This document shows positions 26,186 to 39,736 of a DNA stretch of 64,000 nt, one piece after another; within the stretch, counting starts at the first letter, position 1; the number at the start of each line of letters is the position of its first letter. The translations under genes were made by a program, and so were the position numbers. The stretch is from Macrostomum lignano (lineage: Eukaryota). The notes beneath the pieces were generated by a model, which saw nothing but the letters and a program-made list of their open reading frames with translations, made no database searches and had not been told where the DNA came from. The DNA lies in the NCBI GenBank assembly GCA_002269645.1, contig NIVC01001063.1, positions 124,001 through 188,000 on the forward strand, in the 5' to 3' direction.

Positions 26186-27225
26186 CGAGGGGTGTCCCAA
26201 AAGTTCCCGGAACGTCCAACGCAGCTCCCCAACGGAGCCATGATGTTTCACGCCCTTGGTGTCAAATGAAAGGAAGTTTTGTCACGAAGAAAATGAAGTT
26301 AAAAGCATGTTGATATCTGTTTCCATTCAGGAGCTGCAGCAAGAAACGTGCGCAAAGGTCAGGGGCACTGTTACACAACCTCACAGATCACTGAAAATAA
26401 TTTTTCATCTTCGTTTTTGGATATTTTCATTTTGAATTCGTGCTACTAACGTCTCAGAAAGACGTGGTAGTGTCTATGGAAAAAAAGCAGAAATGCTCAT
26501 TAAGCTAATCTGAGCTTTTGCGCGAGTGCAGATAATTCTTACCAAGCGCTTGCTTTCAACTTGAAATCTCTTTGCCAAATTGGGTTCTCTTCAGAGCCTC
26601 GAAAGTCAGCGAAGTCAAGTTTTTGTCCTTTGGTCAGTAGGATGGAGTGGGGCCAAGATTTCTGACCACTTATTCTCCATCCATGGTAAGAAAAGCCTGA
26701 AAAAACTGCCATTTACGAATGGATCGAACGCTTTAGAGACGGTCCAGAAAATTCGTAGCCGGTGTTCCAGAACCGCAGTGAACTTGAAGGCTTCACTCGT
26801 CGCGTCATCCTGCATCATGAAATGCTTCGAACTGTTTTTGCCCAGGCCATCGACGGCATGCTTTCAAAGTGGCAGAGGTGTATTCAGCTGAATGGGGACT
26901 ACGTGGAGAAGCCGCAGGCTGAGCTTGACGATTCGCTTTGAATTTTGAATCGGTGCATGTCCCAAGGATTCATCAACGGTATGAAATGTTCTGTGTTTTA
27001 TTGTTTAAAATCATTGCCATAGATTTTTGAGGTTGTGTAACAGCACCCCTGACCCCTGCGCACGTTTCTTGCTGCAGCTCCTGAATAAAAACAGATATCA
27101 ACATGCTTTTAACTTCATTTTCTTCGTGACAAAACTTCCTTTCATTTGACACCAAGGGCGTGAAACATCATGGCTCCGTTGAAGAGCCACGTCAGACACT
27201 CCGGGAACTTTTGGGACACCCCTCG
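26186..27225. mobile_element. Non-autonomous Tc1/mariner element with approx. 200-bp TIRs
   Basis: TA|cgaggggtgtcccaaaagttcccgga ... tccgggaacttttgggacacccctcg|TA; decayed transposase-like sequence inside (QDDAT). Confidence 0.92.
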
Positions 27226-27337
27226 TAGATAGTGAGAAATGAATACAAATCTAGTTCTAATTGTTTGTTGTTATTTCTAATTTTGGTTGTTTCTAATTGT
27301 TTGTTTGTTGTTGACCAAATTATTTTAGAGTGACGGG

Positions 27338-29090
27338 TCAAAAGCAATTGTATGTATGGTGAAGTGGGCAAGCAAACCACTGCCCCTGAGAATCTGGCAA
27401 TGGAATAACCATAAGCTTGCACAACACAGCAGACTGGAATGGACAGTCTTTCAAGCTTGTAAAAATGTAGCTTATCTGATTGAATTATTCTGCTATGAAA
27501 GGGTTCCTTACGCATGAATTGTTGGCCAACAAAGCTAATATGACCCTTGCTGTCATGAACAATGTTTCTGACTTGGAGGATGGTTCCAGAGTTAGAGAGA
27601 ATGAATCCATCTCGCTCATTAGTAACAATTTGAGTTGATGGCAGTTTAAATACTTTATACTGTGTAACATTCATTGGAATCACTCCAGGTGGTAGAATAT
27701 TACTTGTGTGCTCTTTGTGTAGTTTGATTTCTGACTCTCTAACACATGGATTAAACTGCCCTAGGCACTGATTGTTTTCCTTTACTCTTTTGACAGCCTG
27801 TTGTAAAGGCATAGTTGGTGAACGAACAAGCCTCTTTACAAATCTTAAAAAATTCTCAAATGGAAAGCAACTCACTTCATTAATATTTCTATGAGCAAGA
27901 AAGTCCTCAAAGATGTGCAAAAGAGAATGGACATTGTATACAACAAACTGGCTTCCAAGTAAATTTCTTGTTTGTGTAACAAATGTAGTACAAAGTTGCT
28001 GCAAAAAATCTAGATATTCATTGCTCAAACTTGGAGAGTTAAACAAATTAATGATGACATGAAATGAAAGTAACCAGTTAAGAAAATCATCATTGCCAAC
28101 ATGCGGAATGAGAACAAAAGGTGCTAAATACAAGAAAAATAGATGTACTACTGTTGCTTTCCACAAAGAAAGATGCTGCAACAGTTCTGGCCTACGAGAA
28201 AAATCTGTTGGTAAATACTTCCTTGCATGCATAAGGTATGCATTAACTTGTCCTTGAAGCAACTGAGAAAGGCGAAATGGCAGTTTACCTTCTTTGAGTA
28301 TCTTTAAGGCCATGAGCCCAATACCTTTATAGAGCAAATGCATGGAGTCAGCTGGGAAGCCAGAGATCATATCAATAGGAAGATCTTCAAAAGCTGAGTG
28401 GGCATGATGATGAGCTGGTTGGAGCTGGTCTCGAAATGATTTGTCTGTTCGACGCTCAGCATTCAAATCAAGAAAAACAACAGTCCTGCCTTTGTTGCAA
28501 GTTTGTTCATAGTCTGTTGTTCCTTTCTGATGACAACGATCGCATCCATAGTATCCATTATAACTTTTGATATTCTTAATAAAATACTGTGCTGGTGTGT
28601 CACAAATAACATACTTTAGATATATCTTATATTCAATTCCATATACATAAAATCCATCTTGTAATATGCGCATTTCACCTATAAATGGAGCCAAAAAAAT
28701 GTTAGAACTTGATGGCTTTGAAGGCCCATAATAAATTCCAACAAGAAATTCTGATGATTTAATGCCTTGGATAGATGCAACAATGGTCCAAAAACCAGAC
28801 ACGGAGCTATTAAAAATGGGCAACCCATCAATACAAACATTAAGATGGATTTTGCCTGATTGTGGCAATAGATGCACTACATTCAGAGAATCAAATATAT
28901 ACTTGATGCCAGAAGCAATTCCAAAATGATAGTATTTACCAGGAGGAACATCAATTAGCTCAATTGTCCCCGAAGACCTAAGAAATGTACGAGGATCAAT
29001 TGGAAGCTCTGGATAGCTTGGCTTTAATAGTTTAAGAAGATCTTTGACTGCCACATGTGAAAAATTATTTGTAATATTTGTATATTTGTA
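27338..29090 (-). pseudogene. EnSpm/CMC transposase, N-terminus missing, frameshift near 27425
   Basis: CIDGLPIF, ICDTPAQYFIKNIKSYNGYYGCDRC, FPADSMHLLYKG, CFPFENFL motifs; the expected C-terminus CKLMVIPLPDSQGQWFACPLHHTYNCF* lies in a shifted frame ending at 27338. Confidence 0.9.
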
Positions 29091-30149
29091 ATATTTGTAA
29101 TAAAACATTGCATGTAGGTACTCTTAGTCTTAAGCTATTATTGTAGGTTTAGTAACTATACTAATTCCTAGGCCTACTATGAGTATAACTAGCTATACCT
29201 GTCTACTAAGTATAATGTCTAAGAGTAGGCCTAACAAGTCTAAGACCTATCAAAGATTATTGAAAATTAGACTTTATATATAGAATCACACATACTGTTA
29301 TTGTTAAAATAACAAAGATGACTGAATGCAAGGCATGTTTGTCTTATTGTCTTGTCTAATTATCTTTGATCTATGGACTCCAAAATGGCCCATTCTATAT
29401 AAGATGGACATATTTGGAAAATAGAAAAAAGTCAATATTTTTGCTTGTCATTGCCTTATTAGCCATTTTTTACCAAATCTTTTTTGCATGTAATGTATTC
29501 CCATATACTAAAAATGAAATGTTTGTAGCTATGCGATTGATTTCAGAAAAATTGGCTCAACCGATTTTCTTCAAACTTGCACCATTCAATCAGAAATTTT
29601 CCTGGGACGGTACATGCATCTTGGCTAAGAAATTGCTCAATGTTAAAGGGATTAAATATTCGAAAAACATGCTTTTTTGCAAAGGTCAAGCAAACTTTTC
29701 GACTTGAAATGCATTGTAAGAATGCTAGAGAAAAAACTGACTGGCTCAATTCCGATTGTGATAAAGATTGCATCACAACAAGTTGAAAACAGTGCCGAAA
29801 AAATACACACATGACTTGATTAAAATTGCGTAACCATATTGCTAACTTGAATTGAGACTGATACTGGCTGACTGAGAAATTGATTATGTCATAACTTTTT
29901 ACTCCAATTGACTTGCTGTAAGAATTGAATTATAAGGGCCACAATTCATGTTCTCCAATTGAAAAGAGATAGCCCTGATGCGAACAGACTGGACTGCTAA
30001 TGTAGTGACCTGGGTTCGAATCTTAGTAGTGCAAAGAGATTTTTTTATTAAAACACCTTAAAAACACAACAAAACTGCTAAACATCAAAGAAGCACAATT
30101 TCAAACATAGAAGAGCCAACATATCGAACATAAGAGTTACCATGTCATA

Positions 30150-30439
30150 CATGTGCAACCTCCAAAATTCGGTCAGCCGTGCGACTTAGTTTTAACAAAA
30201 ATGCGACGTAGTTTTTGGCCAAAAATGCGACTTACATATAAAAAAATCCGAAAGCAAAATTAACGCAACTTTGGGTAAACGGCAGGAGTAACTATGACTG
30301 TTTTATTAAGCTAAAATGTCTCGTCAGCTACTTAGTACTACTCTTCAGGTTATTTTTTGGGTGGGCATTTTTGCGACTTCCTTGATTGGCCGCCAAATCG
30401 GTCGGCCGGATCGGCCGACTCGGCCGACTGTTGCGCATG
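30150..30439. mobile_element. 290-bp MITE with TA TSD
   Basis: TA|catgtgcaac ... gttgcgcatg|TA (9/10 TIR match), interrupting the 21-22-bp repeat. Confidence 0.6.
30273..30336 (+). pseudogene. 28S rRNA-derived fragment spanning the conserved R2 target region
   Basis: GGGTAAACGGCaGGAGTAACTATGACT (26/27 to the recalled conserved LSU sequence) and AAATGtCTCGTCAgCTAcTTAGT (20/23), with a diverged centre. Confidence 0.75.
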
Positions 30440-30445
30440 TATGTA

Positions 30446-33050
30446 CCATGTCAAACATAGAAGAGCCACCATGTCGAACATTAAAGAGCCACCATGTCAA
30501 ACATAAAAGAGCCACCATGTCAAACATAAAAGAGCCACCATTTCGAACATTAAAGAGCCGCCATGTCAAACATTTAAGAGCCACCATGTCGAACATAAAA
30601 GAGCCACCATTTCGAACATTAAAGAGCCGCCATGTCAAACATTTAAGAGCCACCATGTCGTATATAAAAGAGCCACCATTTCGAACATTAAAGAGCCACT
30701 ATGTCAAACATTTAAGAGCCACTTTGTCGAACATTAAAGAGCCACTATGTCAAACATAAAAAGCCAACATGTCAGACATTAAAAAGCCACCGTATCAAAC
30801 ATAAAAGAGTTACCATGTAGAACAAAAAAGATCCACCATGTCGAACATTAAAGAGCCACCATGTCAAACATAAAGAGCCACCATGTCAAACATAAAGAGC
30901 CATCATGTCAAACATAACGAGCCACCATGTCAAAAATTTAGGAGCCACCATGTCAAAAATTTAAGAGCCACCATGTAGAATATTAAAGAGCCACCATGTC
31001 GAACATAACGAGCCACCATGTCAAAAATTTAGGAGCCACCATGTCAAAAATTTAAGAGCCACCATGTAAAATATTAAAGAGCCACCATGTCAAACATTTA
31101 AGAGCCACCATGTCAAACATATATGTGACTTTATGTCAAACATTAAAGAGCCACCATGTTGAACATTAAAGAGCCACCATGTCAAACATTAAAGAGCCAC
31201 CATGTCGAACATTAAAGAGCCACCATGTCCAACATATATGTGACTCCATGTCAAAAATTAGGGAGCCATCATGTCAAACATAAAAGAGCCGCCATGTCAA
31301 ACATAAAAGGACCACCATGTTAAACATTAAAGAGCCACCATGTCGAACATTAAAGAGCCACCATGTCTAACATTAAAGAGCCACCATGTCGAACATTAAA
31401 GAGCCACCATGTCGAACATTAAAGAGCCACCATGTCAAACATTAAAGAGCCACCATGTCAAACATTAAAGAGCCACCATGTCAAACATTAAAGAACCACC
31501 ATGTCAAACATTAAAGAGCCACAATGTCCAACATATACGTGACTCCATGTCAGACATTAAAGAGCCATCAAGTCAAACATTAAAGAGCCATCATTGCAGA
31601 CAGTAAAGTGCCACCAGGTCAACATTAAAGAGCCACCATGTCAAAAATTAAAGAGCCACCATGTCTAACATTACAGAGCCACCATTTCGAACATTAAAGA
31701 GCCACCATGTCTAACTTTAAGGAGCCACCATGTCAAACATTAAAGAGCCACCATGTCAAACATTAAAGAGCCATCATGTAGAACATTAAAAAGCCACTAT
31801 GTCAAACAATAAAGAGCCACCATGTCAAAAAATAAAGAGCCACCATGTAGAATATTAAAGAGCCACTATAAAGAACATTAAAGAGCCACCATGTAGAATT
31901 TTAAAGAGCCACTATGTTAAACAAAAAAGAGCCATTATGTCGAACATAAAAGAGCGACCATGTAAAACATTAAAGAGCCACATTGTCAAACATTAAAGAG
32001 CCATTATGTCGTACATTAAAGAGCCACCATGTCACACATAAAGAACCACCATGTCTAACATAAAAGAGCTATACCATGTCAAACATTAAAGAGCCACCAT
32101 GCAAACATAAAAGAGCACCATGTCAGATATTAAAAAGCCACCGTATTAAACATAAAAGAGTTACCATGTAGAACAAAAAAGAGCTACCATGTCGAACATA
32201 AAAGAGCCACCATGTCGAACATTAAAGAGCCACCATGGTAAACATTTAAGAGCCACCATGTCAAAAAATAAAGAGCCACCATGTCAAACATAGAAGAGCC
32301 ACCATGTCAAACATAAAAGAGCCACCATGTCAGATATTAAAAAGCCACCGTATTAAACATAAAAGAGTTACCATGTAGAACAAAAAAGAGCTACCATGTC
32401 GAACATAAAAGAGCCACCATGTCAAACATTAAAGAGCCACCATGGTAAACATTTAAGAGCCACCATGTCAAACATTTAGGAGCCACCAGGTCAAACATAT
32501 ATGTGACTTTTTGTCAAACATAAAAGAGCCACCATTTCGAACATAAAAGAGCCACCATTTCGAACATTAAAGAGCCACCATGTCAAACATTAAAGAGCCA
32601 CCATGTAGACTATTAAGGAGCCACCATGTAGAATATTAAAGAGCCACCATGTTAAACAAAAAAGAGCCACCATGTCGAACATAAAAGAGCCACCATGTCA
32701 AACATGTAAGAGCCACCATGTCTAATATTTAAGAGCCACCATGTCAAACATTAAAAAGCCACTTTGTCAAACATAGAAGAGCCACAATGTCAAACATAGA
32801 AGAGCCACAACGTCAAACATAGAACAGCCACCATGTCAGACATTGAAAAGCCACCGTATCAAACAGAAAAGAGCCACCATATCAACATAAAAGAGCCACC
32901 ATGTCAACATAAAAGAGCCACCATGTCAAACATTAAAGAGCCACCATGTCAACATAAAAGAGCCACCATGTCAAACATTAAAGAGCCACCATGTCAACAT
33001 AAAAGAGCCACCATGTCAAACATTAAAGAGCCACTATGTCAAACATAAAA
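30446..33050 (+). repeat. 21-22-bp satellite (gagccaccatgtcaaacattaaa), more than 100 degenerate units
   Basis: Direct reading; begins degenerately near 30090. Confidence 0.95.
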
Positions 33051-36000
33051 GATACACAATTTCAAACGTAAAAGTAAGTGAATTTTAAAGGAGCCACTAT
33101 AATGCTAAGGAAATTGTCGCACTAGCTACTTATTGTCCGGTGGATGCTTGCTATCTGGGGGATGCTTACTATTTGGGGGATGCTTGCTATCTAGGGATGC
33201 TTGCAATCTGGGGAATGCTTGCTATCTGGGGGATGCTTGCTGTCTTGGGATGATTTCTTTTTGCATTGCACTTCATTTGAGTATTTTGTGTTTTCTTTGT
33301 GAAGACTTTATTTGGCTATCTTTTTGTTACTTGTAGAGAACAGAGATTCTATACAGATGTCCCCCAACGGGGGCGAAGATTGCTAGTACAATCTAAGAAT
33401 AAATAAATGATAAAATGTTAGATTAGTATGTTATCAATTGGCAAAAAGTTATTTTTATAAAAAAAATGGACATTTTCTAAGCAAAATACATCATTAAGTT
33501 TATGTACCTTTTAAGAACAAATAGAAAGCTTTAGAAGGTTAAAACAAACTATATATAAAATTATAGTACTTGCATCATCAGATAAAAACATTAGCAATCA
33601 TATAATCTATTATATATTTAATATATTAGTACCTCAAAGTTACTGAATTGACAGAAAAAATATGTTACAACCATAATGTTACAACTATAAGGCTGCCTTT
33701 TCTTTTGTATCTTTGTTGCCTTTTTGAGTTTATATATTCTAATAAAAGAGTATGACTTCTAAAGATGTTCTTAGTCAAATTTAGAAAAAATTATTGCAAA
33801 AAATCAAAAATGAAAAATGTTATAAAACTTTTACCTTTTAGTTTCTATATGTCAAAAATCCTGTTGTTACGACCATATCCATAAGTGCCATTCAAGGTTT
33901 AATAGCATCTATACTAATGATGATATCTATATAAAACTTTATAAACATATTCTTGACAAAATAATCTTTTATTCAAAATATTGGTTTAGTATATTCTATT
34001 ATTAGATTTCATTTTTTAAGTAAAAATAGTCTGTCATGTTACGACCATAATTATATGGAATGGCCCAAATCTTGTTAAAAAGTGGCATAGGGCCTACCCA
34101 TACTTATATTTACAAGGTAGGCCTACAATTTATTTCAGTTTTTTTAGTTTTATTTTTTAAACATTTGTTAAAGAGAAGAGAAGAGAGAGAAATAAAAATG
34201 GTAATATCTATCTATCTAAATCATTTCCATATGATATGCAATTATGATTTTTATAAATTAAGGACTTTTATTGACTTTATAAATTAACCTATTAAACATA
34301 GTATAGGCCTGGCTTAAAAACTAATAATATAGCTTTCTCAAGCCTAGATAAACAACAATATGAAACTATGTATTGGTAATCTATAATATATAATAAAACT
34401 AAAAAATCTTTGTCTAAATTTAATTACTTATTAGGCTAGCTAGATAGGTGCTAGGTCTAGTTCTAATAGGCCTAGGAATTAGTATAGTTACTAAACCTAC
34501 AATAATAGCTTAAGACTAAGAGTACCTACATGCAATGTTTTTATTACAAATATACTTAATTTAAAAAATAACAACACAAAAAGTTTGGCTAATGCCACTT
34601 GTGAGTATTTGCAACTTTGAACTTATAAAATAATGTGAAAACAATATGAAAACGAAAACTTCACTATACAGCTATATGAAAATATAATAGAATAACATGT
34701 TGTGCATGTTAAATTAAAAGAATGGTAGTCTTCACTGCCCCAGATCAAATACAATCACTGATTTTGTGACAAAAAACTGATTTTTTCTTATCTTTGCAGT
34801 GTATTTTTTCAGGAAATTGTGGCCTCCAAAAAATTGCACAATCTTTGAGTTTTACATCCTGTTAGTCTAGAAGTCCTTGGTAGGAAACAATATGGCTATT
34901 TTTACGGTCATGTGGAAGAAATTTCTATTAAATTACAAGGTAATAGTTAACAATTACCTAAAGTAAGCTAACATGATCAGAACCACTAGAAGTTACCATC
35001 ATATTTATTAATAAAATGTTTCTTTATTTTTTAAATTCAATCATCATAGTATTTGCATAGCAAGTTCGTCACTTCATTTAGATGGTATATTTGTTTTTAA
35101 GTTTTAACCATAAAAATAACTGTCTCGCTATTTATACAGTCACCGTAACAATAACAACTGCCAAATAGAAGAAAAAGAAAAATATAACTTTATTTGTATA
35201 ACTATAACTATACTACACATTATAATTTTAATTATAATAGTGTTGTCACTTTCTGTAAGGCATGAGACATTAACATAATTAACATAATTCACAGAATTCA
35301 TAGAATTCCAAAGAATTAAATTTTATTTAATCAAATAAATTTGTATCTATAAATAACTTTTTAAGCATTGTCTATAAGTATAATCTCTAGTGAACATAAT
35401 TAGAGACTCAAGTTAGATTTTGAAATTTATATACTTGTTTTTGTATTTAAAATGTTTGAAATTTTGCTAATTATAGTTTCCTTTTTTCATTAATAAATCT
35501 TATTTGCCACTAAATTTTAGCACAAAATAAGCCAACTATAATGTCTATATTTAGCTAGATTAAATTATCATGCTAAGTATTATTAAGAGTTAAAGTCTTC
35601 ATATTGATGTTAGTTCATTATTCATTAAATACTAATCATCAAGTTTCAACTGCTAGGGCCTACCTATTTCAAGGCCTAAAATGCCATGTAGCATCTCTCA
35701 TCATTCAGTTTTGTCATTTTTGCCTTTGGGGAAGTGTTGTGACTTTCTTTTTCTTATTTCACTTTTACTTGTCTCTATTAGTTTGTTTTCTCTCATTGTC
35801 TAGTTCAATTTTGTTATTTCTTATCTCTCTCTCCCTTGCCACCTTCTAATTGGCTCTCCATTCTTGCCTCTTTCTTCAGTCCCACATTCTATCCCACCCC
35901 CTATCTTATCTTTGGTTTATTAACTTGAATATATATGTTTGGGCCCTGAGCCATTCTTCTCTAGTTTGTATTTCATCTTGCTATGGTTTAAGTTAAATCT

Positions 36001-36161
36001 CTTACTGTTTATTGTTAGTTTTTATAATGTCATAATTAGGTCATAGCTACTCATAGAAAAGGTAGCCAATAGGCTAGTTAGTTTTGTATAGGCCCTATGA
36101 TTTAATAAATGCTCTAGTCATAAACTATCCTAATATAAATATAAGATTATAGCTACTATAT

Positions 36162-36522
36162 GGGGGCCGTAGCCCAGCGGTCTAGCGCAGGCTCTGGTGT
36201 GCCAGCGACCCAGGCTCGATTCCAAGTGCAGTCACATTAATTTGGGGCTGAATTGGAATCTTGGCTTGGCTCTGCTGGTGCAATTAATGGCCTTGAGAGC
36301 CAACCCCCCAAGGTGCAGTGAAGTGTACATGTCTAACAATAAAATAAAGTTAGGGCCGCTGTACACTCCTGTGTGAGTGTGTGCCTGCGTACATATCCGC
36401 GCGCTTGTATGCTTGCACAGGGGAGTTGGCAGAATGGGCAGTAATGCCTCTCGCCAGTTGTGTGACAATGTCGCTTAAAGTGTGCCGGGGTGCACACAAC
36501 CCCCTGCCTCTAATAAAAAAAC
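36162..36522 (+). mobile_element. tRNA-derived SINE
   Basis: A box tagcccagcgg, B box ggctcgattcc, 3' ctaataaaaaaa tail, imperfect 11-bp TSD agctactatat/agccactatat. Confidence 0.75.
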
Positions 36523-37332
36523 AGCCACTATATAGGCATTACTACTTTGCTAGTCAAATCAATTTAAATATAGAATAGACATTGCTCCCAGAGTCCCATG
36601 GACCTTTTTAACTCCATATTTTTATTGTTTCTCATTTTCTATTTTTTTCATTCATTGCTTTATCTCTAACTATAAAAATCAAAACTCTGTCTGTCTGTCT
36701 GTCTGTCTGTCTGTGTGTGGACAATTTTGATCGCTATGGACTCCCAAACCGCTCAACCAAATGACACCAAATTTTACACCCACCCTAAACTCACTACGGA
36801 GAATGTCTTAGGCTACCTTTAAATTTCCTAAATTTGAGTCTTCCTACCTAAAAGTGCAAAAAACTGCTCAAAATGCGCGATTTTTTTACTAAAGCCTCCT
36901 TAGCGCCGCTCCACTTCTACCGATCCTCTTCAAATTTGACACAATCAATTTTCAACTATTTTGACACAATCGTGTAAAATTTCGAGTCTCAAAGTTAATC
37001 CTGAACGGCGCTGTGCACTTTTAAATTTTGGCTGTTTTTTTCAGCGAGACAGCCACCCCAACCTCCGCCCGCCTGCGTCTTTCCCGATCTGGGCAAAGGG
37101 TGTAAATGGGTTTTAAAATGACTAACTTTCGGCTGCCATAAGTTTGCTCCACGTGAAGCGATTGACTTCTAACTTAACACAATTCTTCTTTGATTCATTC
37201 TCTGTCTAAATGTAAAGTTTCAACTCTCTTACTCAATCAGAACAGAAACTGTAAGCATGTAAAGTTTGTCTGCTTTTTCTGTTGTTTGTGCCACTCACTC
37301 ACTCATTCCCCATGAAGACGAAGGGTCCGGCG

Positions 37333-38273
37333 TAGGGATTCCAAAATCCCGACATTTTACAATCCCGGGATTGAATAGTCCCGAAATCCCGATGCTGTTG
37401 AAATCCCGGGATTCAAAATCCCGGAATCCCGGTGCTTTTGCAATCCCGGGATTAAAAATCCCGGGATTCGATTCCCAAAAAAATCCCGGGATTCAAATCC
37501 CGGATTTTTGGCCCCAATCCCGGAATCCCGGGATCCCGGGATTGGAATCCCTAAATTGCTAGACGGACTGTGCGGCGTGCCGCGTGCAGTAGTCATGGTC
37601 TCGCGACTCTCAGAGTCTCAGGGCCTTTTCATATTACCAATTCCAGAACCAGAATCGGTTCGGAATTCGAAGAAAAACAGCAGTATAACTATTAAACTCT
37701 GTTAATATTTGACTGCCTTAACAGCCTCACTTAGCACAATTTTTCACTTTCTTCTTGGCGACTGTCATTCAATAATAAAAACTTTATAGCACGTATCTCC
37801 CTCTAGTTATGGAGACAAAAAGTTTATACTTCACAAATTGGTTCTTGTTCTGGAACCAGAGCAAGCAATATGAAAAGGCCCTCAGTCTCGTCTCGTGGTA
37901 GAAAACGAAAAAAAAGTTAAAATTATCTATAATTTACAGTTCACATTAACAATTTTTAGCTCAATTAGGACAGGAGCTTTGCAAATGTTTAACGTTTCAT
38001 TGAGAAACAGCAAAAACAAATAAATGTTTTATTATTCAAATAAACGTTTAGACTTTAAATTATCTAATTTAGGCATTGAAAGGTCGTTCTAATCCCGGAC
38101 CAATCCCGGGATTAAGGCCTTGAAATCCCGGGATCCCGATCCCGGTCTTTTGCAATCCCGGGATTAAAAATCCCGGGATTCGATTCCCAAAAAAATCCCG
38201 GGATTCAAATCCCGGATTTTTGGCCCCAATCCCGGGATCCCGGGATCCCGGGATCCCGGGATTGGAATCCCTA
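37333..38273 (+). mobile_element. Composite non-autonomous hAT element, 941 bp, copy 1
   Basis: TIR tagggattccaa/ttggaatcccta, 8-bp TSD gtccggcg (37325-37332, 38274-38281); extra internal TIR ending at 37553. Confidence 0.93.
37621..37881. mobile_element. PIF/Harbinger-type MITE nested in hAT copy 1
   Basis: TIR gggccttttcatatt/aatatgaaaaggccc, 3-bp TSD TCA; related fragment at 21915-22040. Confidence 0.85.
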
Positions 38274-39504
38274 GTCCGGCGATAGGACTGAATGTACATA
38301 GCAAATGTACAGTGTTTTAGAATAACTTTATTTATAGCCTTCTCTGCACCCCGAGAGTGGAGAGGCTACGTTTAGCCATAACAGTTTAGTGAGAAATTCT
38401 AACCACTGCCCTCTGTATAGGCAAACTCTGCAGCAGTTTAACAGTGGATGGCAATGGCAAATCAAGGTAATTCAGCATGGTTTGTAAAAGCGAAAGATTT
38501 ATGAAAAAGCGATGCAATGCAATACAACCCTACTAAATTAGACACACCATGGAAATTTAGGTTTTCTCTTAAAGGTACTTTAAAATTTAAATGGCCTCCT
38601 AAGAAATGCGTATTTCCTTGGTTGTTAGACCGATGAAGACTGCAGTGGAGCTGAAGATACACAAATTCCTTTCAGGGCTGCAAATTGGCAAGAAAGATGA
38701 CGTGATCAAAGCATGAGAACAACCATGAGAGTACTACATCCCACAAACTGGCTTTCCAAGCAGGGATGGGCATACTTTTACCTCAAAGGCCAGATAAAGA
38801 ATCCAGCTCATAGCTGAGGGGCAGATGAAAGTGGAAAGAAGAACGAATAGACGATTCGAAGAGAGGAGAGGCGACAGAGCGGATAAAAGAAAAGATAAAA
38901 GATAATAGGAGAGATAAGGGGGTGAGGACGATGAGAGAGAGGGGAGAAGAGGGAGAGAGGAAAAGCGAGAGGAGAGATGAGAGATGAGAGAGCAGAGAGC
39001 TGCAGATGAGAGGAGAGAGGAGACAGCAGAGAGGAAACAGGTGAAAGAAGAGATGAGAGAGTAAAGGGAAGAGAGAAGAGATAAAGATACATCTCTACAT
39101 CTCTAAGGTTTTAGAGATGAGAGAAGTGGAAGGAGAGATGAGAAATGAGAGATGAGAGATAACGGAGAGAGGAGAGTGGAGTGAGAGAAGAGAGGGAGAC
39201 AGAGTATAGAAAAGGGAAGAGAAGAAAAAAGAAGAAAGGAGAAAGGAAAGTGAGGAGTCAAAAGAGGGGAAAGAAAAGAGTACAGAGGAGAGAGGTGAGA
39301 GAATATATAAGACAGAGATGCCAGATTAAAGAGGGGGATGAGAGAGCAGAGACGAGAGTGAACAGATAAAAGATGGGAGAGTAGAGAGAACAGAGGAGAG
39401 GTTACAGAGACGAGAGGAGAGACAAAGGTAGAGAAGTGAGTGAGGAGAGAGGAGAGGAAAGAGGAGAATGGAGAGGGGAGAGAGTAGAGAGAGGAGGGGA
39501 GATA

Positions 39505-39615
<111 letters not shown>

Positions 39616-39644
39616 AGGGGGAGCAGAGAGAAATGAGAAGAGAT

Positions 39645-39736
<92 letters not shown>

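Larger units (their letters stand above)
22479..29090 (-). mobile_element. EnSpm/CACTA (CMC)-type DNA transposon, truncated at the transposase 5' end
   Basis: Transposase plus DUF4806-like ORF2 in tandem; candidate terminus CCCCGTACAACA at 22479 followed by repeated GACGT motifs; opposite terminus not seen. Confidence 0.75.
29363..33386 (+). mobile_element. Putative non-autonomous Helitron with internal satellite
   Basis: 3' end clear: cccccaacggggg hairpin (33361-33373) then CTAG|T at 33383-33387; 5' A|TC start at 29363 or 29370 is only a candidate. Confidence 0.5.
29091..34553. mobile_element. 5.46 kb segment bounded by an 86/87-bp inverted repeat
   Basis: 29091-29176 is the reverse complement of 34467-34553 except one T; no TSD identified. 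Confidence 0.6.

Noticed and set aside
27192-27337. C-terminal extension of the 638-aa transposase ORF
   Set aside because: It reads through a frameshift into intergenic DNA and the mariner TIR; the family-like C-terminus is in another frame ending at 27338.
29965-30040. tRNA-like sequence with GGTTCGAATC
   Set aside because: Only the B box is recognisable; too degenerate to call.
22163-33050. Short regular repeats (16, 21-22, 30 bp) as CRISPR arrays
   Set aside because: Units are contiguous with no unique spacers, no cas genes, eukaryotic context.
36162-36235. Functional tRNA gene
   Set aside because: A and B boxes present but no convincing cloverleaf; continues into a SINE body, A-tail and TSD.
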